The notes under the pieces were generated by a model. That model did not search any database. It saw nothing but the letters and a program-made list of their open reading frames with translations, and had not been told where the DNA came from. A DNA stretch of 64,000 nucleotides, from the NCBI GenBank assembly GCA_945862075.1, contig CAMAWV010000001.1, positions 2,721 to 66,720 on the forward strand, in the 5' to 3' direction. Origin of the DNA: Rickettsia typhi. GTDB lineage: Bacteria; Pseudomonadota; Alphaproteobacteria; Rickettsiales; UBA1997. This document shows, piece after piece, positions 49,051 through 59,400 of the stretch. The translations under genes and the position numbers were made by a program. Position 1 is the first letter of the stretch. The number at the start of each line of letters is the position of its first letter.

Positions 49051-50886
49051 TTACTCAACAGTTACTGATTTTGCTAGGTTGCGTGGTTGATCGATATCGT
49101 TACCTTTTAACAAGGCAACCTGATAAGCAAGCATTTGCATAGGAATTATAGGCAAAATTGCCTCTTGAATAAAGCCTTCGGTAGCAGGAATGGTGATAAT
49201 ATCGCAACTAAGATCGGTAAAATAATGGCTTTTATGATGATTGGTAACAACAATAATTTTACCGTCTCTAGCTTTAATTTCTTGTAAATTAGAGATGATT
49301 TTTTCAAAAATATGACTTTGCGGATTATCGCAAGCAATAGCAATTGAATAAATTTGATCATCAATTAAAGCTATTGTGCCGTGTTTTAACTCGCCACAAG
49401 GAATACCGTAGGCATTTATATAGGTTAGTTCGCGAAATTTAAGGGCAGATTCAAGGGCGGTGATATAAGAAATTAATCTGCCTGCATAGATGATATTTTG
49501 TGAATTAACAAGTTTTTGAGCGATATTTTGTAAGTTTAGATTTTGTAAAATTGCCTGCGATTTAGCAACACAAGCAATCAACTCGGCAATTAATTGTTGT
49601 TTTTGAGTGGTAGAAATAATTTTTCTTTGGTAAGCTAAATAAATGGCAAAAATTACTAAAACAGCAATTTGAGCGGTGTAGGCTTTAGTGGAAGCAACCC
49701 CAATTTCTGGACCAGCAACAGTTTTAAACACACAATCTGCAAGCATGGCGATGTTGCTATGCAAAACATTAACAATTGCCATTGTGGGCTGATTATGTTG
49801 CAAAGCATATTTAAGAGAAGCTAAAGTATCGGCAGTTTCGCCTGATTGCGAAATAAAAATAACCAAATTATTATTGCTAAAATATGGTTGGCGATAACGA
49901 AATTCTGAGGCAATATCAACTTCAACTTCAATTTTAGCAAAAGTTTCAAGCAAATGCTTGCCAATTAAACCAGCATAATAAGAGGTTCCACAGGCAACAA
50001 TAGTGATTTTATTAATAGCTAAACAATCAAAAGTAAAATTAGGTAAATTAAAACTATAATTACTTATATCAAGATAGGTTTCGATAGTTTCTTGTAAAAC
50101 TGTGGGTTGTTCATAGATTTCTTTTAGCATAAAATGCTCAAAGCCGTTTTTATGTAGCGAATTACTGACTTTAGCAAATGTTTGACATTTTCGCACAACA
50201 GACTGATTTTGCTGATTGTAGACCATAATTTCTTGATCGGAAATATAACCAAAATCATCATCTTGAAGCATAATTATTTGATCAGTATAACTAGCGATAC
50301 CATAATAATCGGAGGCAATAAAATTGTGGTTTAAACCTTTACCAATTACCATAGGTGAACCATGTTTGGCAAAAATAATAATGTTTGGATTACTAGCTAA
50401 AATAATTGCTAAAGCATAAGTGCCAACAATAGTTTTTTGCAAAGAAAGCAAGGCTTGATTTAGATCTTGCTTATGTTGTAAAAAATATTTTTCAAATAAA
50501 TGTGGCAAAACCTCGGTATCGGTTTGACTATAAAATTTAACACCATCTAAAATAAGTTGTTGTTTAAGTTCGGCGAAGTTTTCGATGATTCCGTTATGCA
50601 CTACAGCACAAAATTGACCCTGATGTGGATGAGCATTTTCGTTACTTGGTTTGCCATGAGTTGCCCAACGAGTATGCCCGATAGCAATTTGACTATTGAT
50701 ATTTTGTGAATTTAGTAATTGTTGTAAATTAGCAATTTTACCTTCTTGTTTTAGCAGTTTAATTTGTTGATTTTCAACCACCGCTAAGCCAGCAGAATCG
50801 TAGCCACGATACTCGAGCTTTTTTAGGCCATCTATAACAATTTGACAGGCATTTTGATTACCAACAACACCAATGATTCCGCACAT
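49051..50886 (-). CDS. glmS: Glutamine--fructose-6-phosphate aminotransferase
   Basis: MCGIIGVVG (N-terminal catalytic Cys), two SIS domains and the C-terminal AKSVTVE. 611 aa. Confidence 0.95.
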   Translation of the reverse strand: MCGIIGVVGNQNACQIVIDGLKKLEYRGYDSAGLAVVENQQIKLLKQEGKIANLQQLLNSQNINSQIAIGHTRWATHGKPSNENAHPHQGQFCAVVHNGIIENFAELKQQLILDGVKFYSQTDTEVLPHLFEKYFLQHKQDLNQALLSLQKTIVGTYALAIILASNPNIIIFAKHGSPMVIGKGLNHNFIASDYYGIASYTDQIIMLQDDDFGYISDQEIMVYNQQNQSVVRKCQTFAKVSNSLHKNGFEHFMLKEIYEQPTVLQETIETYLDISNYSFNLPNFTFDCLAINKITIVACGTSYYAGLIGKHLLETFAKIEVEVDIASEFRYRQPYFSNNNLVIFISQSGETADTLASLKYALQHNQPTMAIVNVLHSNIAMLADCVFKTVAGPEIGVASTKAYTAQIAVLVIFAIYLAYQRKIISTTQKQQLIAELIACVAKSQAILQNLNLQNIAQKLVNSQNIIYAGRLISYITALESALKFRELTYINAYGIPCGELKHGTIALIDDQIYSIAIACDNPQSHIFEKIISNLQEIKARDGKIIVVTNHHKSHYFTDLSCDIITIPATEGFIQEAILPIIPMQMLAYQVALLKGNDIDQPRNLAKSVTVE

Positions 50887-51025
50887 AAAATAAAATTTGT
50901 GTTAAAGAAAATATTTTATACCATTAATACAAAAATCTCATTATTACTATAAACATAATGTTTTATTAAGTGAAATGTTATCTTTTGTTATTTTTTGCTA
51001 TTTTTTGCAAGAAAACAAAATCTCT

Positions 51026-51054
51026 TTGACTTTTTAAAAAAAACTAGCTAAATT
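51026..51054 (+). promoter_or_regulatory. Sigma-70-like promoter candidate upstream of the tandem giant VirB6-like genes
   Basis: TTGACT (51026-51031), a 17-nt spacer, then TAAATT (51049-51054), about 28 nt before the ATG at 51083. The chance-match caveat for AT-rich DNA applies. Confidence 0.28.
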
Positions 51055-51082
51055 TTGACAAAACATCAATTTTTCTTTTTTA

Positions 51083-54000
51083 ATGCCTGGCAAAATCAAA
51101 AATTCATTGCTAATAACTCTTATTGTTTTGCTTATTTTATGTGCTTTACCAATTTATTTTGTCGTAAATTATCAAAAGCAATTTAATACACAGGCAACAG
51201 CATCAGCAACAACACCTAATGTTTTAGCTGTTAACAAAGCTGAGACTAACCATGACAACGGTGGCGATTATTTTGAATATCAAAAAACAACAGATGATCC
51301 TTTTTATAGTAATACAATACCTAGCGGTACCGCAATATCTCAAAACTTTTTCTTACGCAAAGGACAATCCTTATTGTTTTATAAACATGCAATAACAAGT
51401 TCAGATAATAATTGTGGAGATTTAACTAGATTAACAGTAACAACCACTCCTCAACCAGCAGTTTTGTGCAAAGGAACTTATCCAGCCACTAGGCCAAATT
51501 CACAATGCATTGATTTTGTTGAAATTTGTGAGTTCAAAAATTCTGGTGGTTCGTTGCAATATAAAATTAAACAACAAGAATCTAATATAGATTGCATCAG
51601 TATTACTAAAATTTGCCTGCCAAGTGTAAGTGAAAAATGCCCTGTTAGTTCTACTACATATTCTGATGCTTATAAATGCATAGATAATACTGGTGCTACT
51701 TGCTCTAGCACTTTATGCCAAGTTAATTTTCCTACCGTTACTGTTTCTACCGGTGCGAATCTTGTTGTTCCGCAATGTTCTTCGCAAACATTGCAAACAA
51801 AAACAGCACAAGAAATCTTATTTTCTAGTTACAATTGTAGTAGCGATCTTACATTATGCCCAACAGCAAGAGATATAGCAGATCTAGTTAGAAATTTCTC
51901 AAGTCTAAAAACAGATCCCACACAAGCGCCACAATTTGCAACAGTAACCCCTCCTGCCTCTACATGTGAAAATGCATTAAAGTCAGCAATTCAACAATCA
52001 GACTTAATTCAAATAACAGCTCAAAACAACGATGCATGCTATGATTTAACCAATTATACTGGCCAAGTAGCAAATATTCCTCCAGCAGAAAACTATGCAG
52101 AATATTTAGGTTTTTTAAATAACGGTAAAAATGCTAAACCAATCGCTCCTATATCTAGTCTTTCTGCTGATAAATATTTTGGTAACCTCGATTACAGTGT
52201 CTCAAAAACCATATTTATCAACGAAAAAGGTGAGCTTAGCAACTTACCAGAATTTCAAGTAAGTAGCGATGGTTTGCAAATGAAAATGCTGTTTGTTAAT
52301 AACACAGATTTAAGCTCAACACCAACAGCAAACACGCTACCAGCTGCAGGTTTACAAACCAATATCAGTTTTCACCAAAATCAAACTTATAAAAACGGTC
52401 AAATGTTAAAAGTGGTTTTATGTAAAGAAGATGATGCGGCTTATCTAGATGATAACCAAAAATATAAATTTAACGAAAAATACGAAACAAAATGCGAAAA
52501 TTATTTTTTACCACCAGCTAATATTGAAGAAAATCTCATCAAAACTTACAATTCTTCTTTATCTAGTAGAGTTATGACATCTATGCCAAATTCCCTATCA
52601 GATGCCGATTATTTTACACAAAACACTACGGAACGATTTACAGATTTTACGGATTTTATTCATAAAACAGATAGCATTAAAGTTGTTAATCAAAGTGTAG
52701 CCGATAGACCAGTTTCTAGTGGTGTTTATAATAATGACAACCAAACACTTCGTTCACCTTATATGTTTGATAAAAATGGTTGGTTAAAATTAATGGTTGC
52801 CAACGAACCAAGATTACTCAAAGAATCAACATTAAGAAGCACCTCAATAAATATAAACAAACCAATTTGTCATAATTACGATAACAATTTTTATTGTCAC
52901 AACTCTTATGCAACACTATTTCCGCCAGAAGGAACTCCTAAATTAGATGATATCAAAAATTGGGAATACAAACAACTAAAACATGATTTACGATTAAGAC
53001 TCGCCTTTCAGATTGACGACCCCGATATTAATAAAAAGGAAATTACAACAACCTACTATCCAAATGCCGTCCTTGACAGTACATCACCTAGTATCGCCGC
53101 AGGCAATGAAGCATATAACAATAACACTGGTAAATACGAAGTAACAGTAAAAGTAACCAACCCTGCAAGAAAAGCTCAATTAGAAGTCATGACAAGATTA
53201 AACAATATCGTAAATGCTTTGTCCTTAACTACTCTATTTAAATTTGATAAACCAATTGGAGAGGAAAAAGATCAATCAAATGCTGAAAAAAAAAGTATGT
53301 TTAGTTATTTAATTACAAATAGTAAATTGAAATCTGTAGTAAAACTTTCGGCAGTTTTAATGTTAATGATTTTTGCTTTAATGTATTTAATGGGTTTAAG
53401 TAAGCTTGATCATCAAACTCTAGTCTCTATAATTCTAAAACTCTCTTTTGTTTTAGGTTTATTTAGCTCAGATGCTTGGCAACTCTATCATGATATTTTT
53501 GTCGAAAGAATTATCGAAATATTTAACGATATAAGCTACAAAACACTTACCATTTTATCGCCCCAAGATATTATTGATTCTCAAACAATACCAACTTTTG
53601 ATAAAGCAAACATAGCTACTTATTTTTATCAATCAATAGATGTTATTACCATGATTTTTAATCAAAAAAATCATTTCAAAATTATGGCAATATTTTTCAG
53701 TTATAGCTATGGTTTTGTTTATGTTTTTATTATTTATTACGGATTTTATATATATTTATTTGCTTCCGCCAATGCTATTTTAATGTTTATTTTAGCAAAA
53801 ATCATCATGATATTACTAATTAATTTATTGCCTTTGTTTTTATTGTGTTTGTTCTTTAAAACAACACAAAAAATGCTCGATAATTGGTTTTCACTGATAC
53901 TTGGCTATGGTTTTCAACAAATTTTTATTATTATTGCTGTTGCCTTTTTTAATATCATGATTGTATATATTTTAAAAATGATTTTAGGTTATAAAATATG

Positions 54001-56491
54001 CTGGGATTCTGTTTTAAAAATTAACTCTGGCAGTTTAGGTTATGGACTTCCTTTTAACGATATTATACTGTTTAAATTTTGGCAAGTTGAAGATTCTGAA
54101 AATGGCAACTATATTCCTTCTTTATTTCATATACTTTATTTTTTAATTTTGGTTTATGCCATGCAACACTTTATTAATTTCGCCGCTGGTTTAGGATCTA
54201 GAATAGCTGGTGGAGTAAGTGTTGAAGGTATTGCTAATGCTATTAAAGCTGATTTAACTGGTAACATCGCCTCTAAAATGGCACTAAAAGCTGTTAATAA
54301 ATTAACCAAAGATATGAAAAATCGCCTAATTGATAAAATTTCTTTTGGGTATAGCGGGGAATTGGCCGATAAAAGAATCCAACAAGCTAACGAGAGAATA
54401 AATGATCACAGAGAAGCTTTTCAAGATGTTCAAAAAGAATTAAATACATATCAATCATCAAGTGAATTTTTAGCATTAAGTGACGAAGAAAAAGATATTG
54501 TGTTGAAATCAAAAGCAAATCAGCTAGCTGAAGAGTCTGGCTATGGTAACTATGCAAATTTAATAAAATCCGCTAATCAATCAAAACAATCTTCCTCAAC
54601 CACACTTCCTGGAATGCTATTTGATGTTACTGGATCTCAAGGTCAAAAATATATTGGTAAAGCAACTAATGCCATTACTGGCAGAAACTTAGTAACTGGC
54701 CTTGCAAATGATACTGGTGATTTTAACGAAGCAAACTTACTAGGTATTAACAGAAGAATAAATTCAAAAGATGTTGTAGAAGCTCAAAAAGTTATTGATA
54801 GAAAGATAGGAGAATTAGAAAACATAGTCCTCACACAACCAAACTTAACCCCGGATCAACAAACTGCAATAAGAAACAGAATAGAAAATTTAAAAATACA
54901 AAAAGAATCAATTAAACTCAAGCAAACCACTTGGTCATCTATGGAAAAATTAAGATCTTTTACTAACAAACATAGCATCGAAGCAACAATAGGTGTAGCT
55001 ACAATTGGTGCGGTTGGTGGAGTTTTAGGTGGTGCGACAGGTGCATTAGTTGGTGCGGTTGGTGGAGTTTTAGGTGGATCTAAAGGTGGAGCTGTTGCTG
55101 GACATGATATCGCTGTTAGTATTAAAACAAATGTTGGTTCTTTGGTGGGTGTTTTGCCAGGTGGTGCGGTAGGTGGTGCGCTAGGTGGTGCGCTAGGTAA
55201 ATTATTTGTTGGGTTAGGTGCTATAGCAGGTGGTTTCATAGGCTTAGCTGTTGGCATAACTAGAGGCCCAGTAAGTGGCATAACTAGAGGCACAGTAAGT
55301 GGCACATATGCAGGAGTTACTACAGGTATTAGATTTAGCAATGCTAATATTCGTAACATCAATCCTGCTTATTTAAGAGCTAAGATTCGTAACACCAATC
55401 TTGCTTATTTAAGAACAGGTTTCGTTGCCAATGCAAAGAATTTAAGAACAGGTTTCGTTGCCAATGCAAAGAAACTGGCACAATTTACAGAAAATGAATC
55501 CATAACTTCAAAAACATTAATTGAAAATACTTCTAGCAAAATCGGAAGAGCTACAGGTTCAGCCGCAAGAGCTGCAGGTTCAGCCGCAATAGCTACAGGT
55601 TCAGCTATTATGAACATCGCAAGAGCTGCAAGTAATCCTACTAGCAACATCGCAAGAGCTGTAAGTTCAGCTAGTAGGAACATCGCAAGAGCTGCAAGTT
55701 CAGCTAGTAGCAATATAAAGCGTTTTGGCCATTCAGCTATCTCCCGAGGGTCTTTTGCCTATAATGTTAGCCGAAATTTTGTCGCAAGTGCTTTTGTTAA
55801 AATCGCCCAAAACGATACAAGTGCTTTTGTTAAAATCGCCCAAAACGATGCAAAATATAATTTGCAACAAAAACTAAAAAGTAATCCTAAAAATATTTCT
55901 ACAGATAAACAAGAAGAAATAATTGATAATTTTATTGAACAAATTAAGCCTTATTTATCAGGTTCCAATCTAAATAAATTAAACAGCCTATTGCAAGTAA
56001 CAGATTATCAAGATCGTAATCTTGGCAAAATTCACAATATTATTGAAAACAACCTAGCAAAACTCAACCAAGATAAAACACTTTTTAATTTATTTGTAAA
56101 AATAGCTCAACAAGAAAAGAAAAAACGTTATGAAAGCAATGATATTGGAAATTTAACTTCTTCTACTGTTGGTGCGACTTTGGTTGGAGCTGGTTATGCG
56201 ACTGGATATACAATGCAATCAATACAAAATTATCGAGAAAAATCAGCTTTACAACATAAACAACACAAAGCATTACAAACTATTGATACTTTAATGAGTA
56301 CTTTAACAGAATCTTCAAGGGAAAAAATAAAAACACTTACAAAAGAAATAGAAAAGCCACATTCTCAAAATATAAATGGGTTAATCAAAGATGCTGTACG
56401 CGAAGTAACAACAAACGATATCACAACACAATATACAGATAAAGCCAAACTTTTACTTGCTTTACAAGAATATGCTAAAACCATAAATTAA
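51083..56491 (+). CDS. virB6: Giant VirB6/TrbL-like type IV secretion membrane protein (1802 aa)
   Basis: N-terminal anchor SLLITLIVLLILCALPIYFVV and a ~720-aa Cys-rich N-domain. The polytopic core is about aa 751-1042 (nt ~53335-54210), with LSAVLMLMIFALMYLMGLSKLDHQ and LPLFLLCLFFKTTQKMLDNWFSL. The C-terminal ~750 aa contains glycine-zipper segments and many short tandem duplications. Confidence 0.75.
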   Translation: MPGKIKNSLLITLIVLLILCALPIYFVVNYQKQFNTQATASATTPNVLAVNKAETNHDNGGDYFEYQKTTDDPFYSNTIPSGTAISQNFFLRKGQSLLFYKHAITSSDNNCGDLTRLTVTTTPQPAVLCKGTYPATRPNSQCIDFVEICEFKNSGGSLQYKIKQQESNIDCISITKICLPSVSEKCPVSSTTYSDAYKCIDNTGATCSSTLCQVNFPTVTVSTGANLVVPQCSSQTLQTKTAQEILFSSYNCSSDLTLCPTARDIADLVRNFSSLKTDPTQAPQFATVTPPASTCENALKSAIQQSDLIQITAQNNDACYDLTNYTGQVANIPPAENYAEYLGFLNNGKNAKPIAPISSLSADKYFGNLDYSVSKTIFINEKGELSNLPEFQVSSDGLQMKMLFVNNTDLSSTPTANTLPAAGLQTNISFHQNQTYKNGQMLKVVLCKEDDAAYLDDNQKYKFNEKYETKCENYFLPPANIEENLIKTYNSSLSSRVMTSMPNSLSDADYFTQNTTERFTDFTDFIHKTDSIKVVNQSVADRPVSSGVYNNDNQTLRSPYMFDKNGWLKLMVANEPRLLKESTLRSTSININKPICHNYDNNFYCHNSYATLFPPEGTPKLDDIKNWEYKQLKHDLRLRLAFQIDDPDINKKEITTTYYPNAVLDSTSPSIAAGNEAYNNNTGKYEVTVKVTNPARKAQLEVMTRLNNIVNALSLTTLFKFDKPIGEEKDQSNAEKKSMFSYLITNSKLKSVVKLSAVLMLMIFALMYLMGLSKLDHQTLVSIILKLSFVLGLFSSDAWQLYHDIFVERIIEIFNDISYKTLTILSPQDIIDSQTIPTFDKANIATYFYQSIDVITMIFNQKNHFKIMAIFFSYSYGFVYVFIIYYGFYIYLFASANAILMFILAKIIMILLINLLPLFLLCLFFKTTQKMLDNWFSLILGYGFQQIFIIIAVAFFNIMIVYILKMILGYKICWDSVLKINSGSLGYGLPFNDIILFKFWQVEDSENGNYIPSLFHILYFLILVYAMQHFINFAAGLGSRIAGGVSVEGIANAIKADLTGNIASKMALKAVNKLTKDMKNRLIDKISFGYSGELADKRIQQANERINDHREAFQDVQKELNTYQSSSEFLALSDEEKDIVLKSKANQLAEESGYGNYANLIKSANQSKQSSSTTLPGMLFDVTGSQGQKYIGKATNAITGRNLVTGLANDTGDFNEANLLGINRRINSKDVVEAQKVIDRKIGELENIVLTQPNLTPDQQTAIRNRIENLKIQKESIKLKQTTWSSMEKLRSFTNKHSIEATIGVATIGAVGGVLGGATGALVGAVGGVLGGSKGGAVAGHDIAVSIKTNVGSLVGVLPGGAVGGALGGALGKLFVGLGAIAGGFIGLAVGITRGPVSGITRGTVSGTYAGVTTGIRFSNANIRNINPAYLRAKIRNTNLAYLRTGFVANAKNLRTGFVANAKKLAQFTENESITSKTLIENTSSKIGRATGSAARAAGSAAIATGSAIMNIARAASNPTSNIARAVSSASRNIARAASSASSNIKRFGHSAISRGSFAYNVSRNFVASAFVKIAQNDTSAFVKIAQNDAKYNLQQKLKSNPKNISTDKQEEIIDNFIEQIKPYLSGSNLNKLNSLLQVTDYQDRNLGKIHNIIENNLAKLNQDKTLFNLFVKIAQQEKKKRYESNDIGNLTSSTVGATLVGAGYATGYTMQSIQNYREKSALQHKQHKALQTIDTLMSTLTESSREKIKTLTKEIEKPHSQNINGLIKDAVREVTTNDITTQYTDKAKLLLALQEYAKTIN
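55007..55852 (+). repeat. Patchwork of at least seven different short in-frame tandem duplications inside the C-terminal extension of the second giant gene
   Basis: 45-bp period, two copies of ggtgcggttggtggagttttaggtgg (55007, 55052). 24 bp x2 (55253-55300, GITRGxVS). 36 bp x2 (55346-55417, xIRNxNxAYLRx). 33 bp x2 (55418-55483, GFVANAKxL..). 21 bp x3 (55547-55609, xAxGSAx). 33 bp x3 (55613-55711, NIARAxSxxxx). 33 bp x2 (55787-55852, SAFVKIAQNDx). Confidence 0.88.
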
Positions 56492-56492
56492 C

Positions 56493-59400
56493 ATGAATTT
56501 TTTTAAAAATAACATAAAATTACTAAAAAAAATCTTAGCAATATTTTTTATGCTGTGTTTAATATCTTGCAAAGATCAAGGTTGTACCGAAGGTGATGAT
56601 TTTGGCGAATTCACTATTCAAAATTTACAATTTCCACCTTATGCAGGAGGAATAAAAAAACGTTTAGATTATAATAAAACAATATGCAATGACTACAACA
56701 AAGAATTATTAAAACTGATAAATGTAGATTTATGTAACGATGGCACCATGATAAACTGCTCTTCTAGTACAAGAGGCAACGATCAAAACTGCACTCTTAA
56801 TCTTGGAACAACTTGCAATAATGATTTGGTAAATCTTTATACACTGCAAAATAAATGTTATAGTACCTATGCTAAAAAACAAACCTCTGACGGTGGTAAA
56901 AGCTATGTTTTTGCTACACATGATGATGAAAATAATCCAGACTTTTATTTATTCCCAGATGCCGATATTTCGGTAAAAATCCGAGGAGAAATTACTATAA
57001 ATAGATCATCACCAAATACAGCTATAACTATTCAAAAAAATTCGCCATCAGAACTGCTAAAGGTAAATCAAAATGAGAAAATAGATGTTTTTTTAAAAAA
57101 TGATGTCAGTAATATTTATTTTGATTTTTATAAGGCTATCCCAACAGTTAAAGGAATCTGTGATACTGATTTTTTGGACCTACATATACCAAATAATCAA
57201 CAAGATTTTTACACAATGCAAGAAAATGTTAATAATGATTACCACAACGCAACAAATGGCATACAAAACAAACTAAAAACAATTATTGTTTATAATATAC
57301 CTTATGTTGGTGAAACAACTTTTATCGCCCCTGATATTAACACGTTGGAGTCTGATAACGGTAAATGGATAGTAAATAAAAACAACGAAGAATTAAAAAT
57401 AGATAATGCAAGCTCCACAAAAAAAAGAAAACTTGGTACAGGTTTTGTTGTAGCAACAACAGAACTTAACGGTTTTGGTTTGCAAACGATGAGTAGCGAC
57501 GAATATTTATTAGCAAGACAAGATATAGTAGATTATTACAAAACCTCTTCTCCTTGCTCTAATTTTACTTATAGGGGAAGTTATATTAACAATGTTGTTG
57601 GTTCTTCTCTTGTTGGAACCAGATCAGTTTCTTCAGGCGTGACTTTTGGTGCTAATTCTATTTTAAAAGCAGGATCTACTGCCAGTTTTCTTGTTCTTCC
57701 TACAGGGTCACCCCCCCCCAGCTGCACATTTAACCCAATGTTAAGTGTAACACAAGATATTTCTGGCTTTGTAGAATTTGGCTTTGCTTGTTTGCAAAAT
57801 ACTAGTCCTTGCACACAATCTAGTTTACCTAGCACAATTACAGTTAGTATAGTAAGTTCGGAAGGTGATTTTGAAGTATTTCCTTCTTTATCTCCAGCTA
57901 TTGAAAAACAAATAAATATTCCAGGTGGTAAAATTTTTGTTAAAAAAGGTAGTACTTTACTTATTCATACAACACCATCAAGCTCAACAACCTCAACAAC
58001 TATTGCAAATCTTAAAACAAATGGTCTTTATGTCAAAACCACTCCTCGACCAGCAATTTACTGTTCAAAACAAAAATTTCGAATACAAAAAAACACTATG
58101 TGCATTAATTCTAATCCAGAATTTTGCATAATTGATCCTCAATTTTGTACATCAGTTCAAAAAGGCAGTACTACTGCAACTCATAAATGCGAATGTGCTA
58201 GTAACAAATTTTTTCAAACACAATCATGGTCTCCAGCATTTACAAAGGATTCATCATCGCCAGCTTATAAAATTAATCTAGATCAACTGAAAAATGACTA
58301 TTGTAGCGATCAAACAAAATTGGATGAGTGCAAAGCATGCCTAATAGAACTACAAAATAGCCCCGGATTGTCTAACACAAATAATATTCAAAAAACACTA
58401 TATGATACCACAAAATCTGAAAATGTTTGTTTTGATCTAGAAGAGATTAGAAACAGAATAAGTGATGCAACAAAAATTATTGATGACATCCAGATCGAAC
58501 CAAAGAAAAACGATCTAGATTGGATCATGGAAAAAATATTAAACACAAAAATTAAAATTTTACCTTATTTTTCAGATAACTCTTATGGAGTTTTGCCAAA
58601 ACCATCTTTGTCTAATTTAAAGCTTCCTATTCCTACTACCGTCACTGCCCATGCTGATGTTTGCAATCAATCACGACAACTTCAAACCACCATAAAAAGC
58701 AAATTTAATGGTAAAATAGAATTATATATTGCTGATAATGATGAGGTTACAAACACAAATTATATACCATCAACAACAGAAAAATTTCGGATCACTACAA
58801 ATAATCAATTCACTTTACGAGATGGTGCTGGTTTAAAAATTAGCTTGAAAAATATTACAAATAAATCAACAGGCGATACTACTCGATATGATTACAATAA
58901 TAGTTGCGATTATTTAATTGGAAATTCTGCATCTTCCTCCCCGTCTTGCCAAGATTTATATACTCTAAAAAATGGTAATTTAATGCGAAATAGCATCCAA
59001 TACAGCATTAATCCTCTTAATGTATGTATAAAAAACGACTCCAACCTTTCTTATAACCCATTCGCAGGTGCTTATCAAGAAATATTTTGCTATAAAAAAA
59101 CTTCATCAGAAGAAGTAAAAAATATGGGCTTAAAGTTTGAGCTAGACACAACAGGTGACACAAAAAATATTTTTGTTAACAATTGCTACAAATCATCAGG
59201 TACGATAACTGAAAACTGCCAAATTACTTGTCCGAGTCCGTCGAGTGGGTCGTCGACATGTAATATGTGCAATGCAATGAAAATTGTTAATCCGAGCTTC
59301 GACTCTCCAACACCAAACAACAATATTGGAATCAATTCAAGCGATTACTACACTTGCATAGGAAAAGAGGAAATATCTAAAGCGATTTCAGGTAGTTATA

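Noticed and set aside
54856-55713. Antisense ORFs 54856-55362 and 55405-55713 within giant gene 2.
   Set aside because: They have the same cause: a stop-free antisense frame over Gly/Ala-rich repeats. Their products are low-complexity (PPTAP, LAALAM) and they are nested in the 1802-aa ORF.
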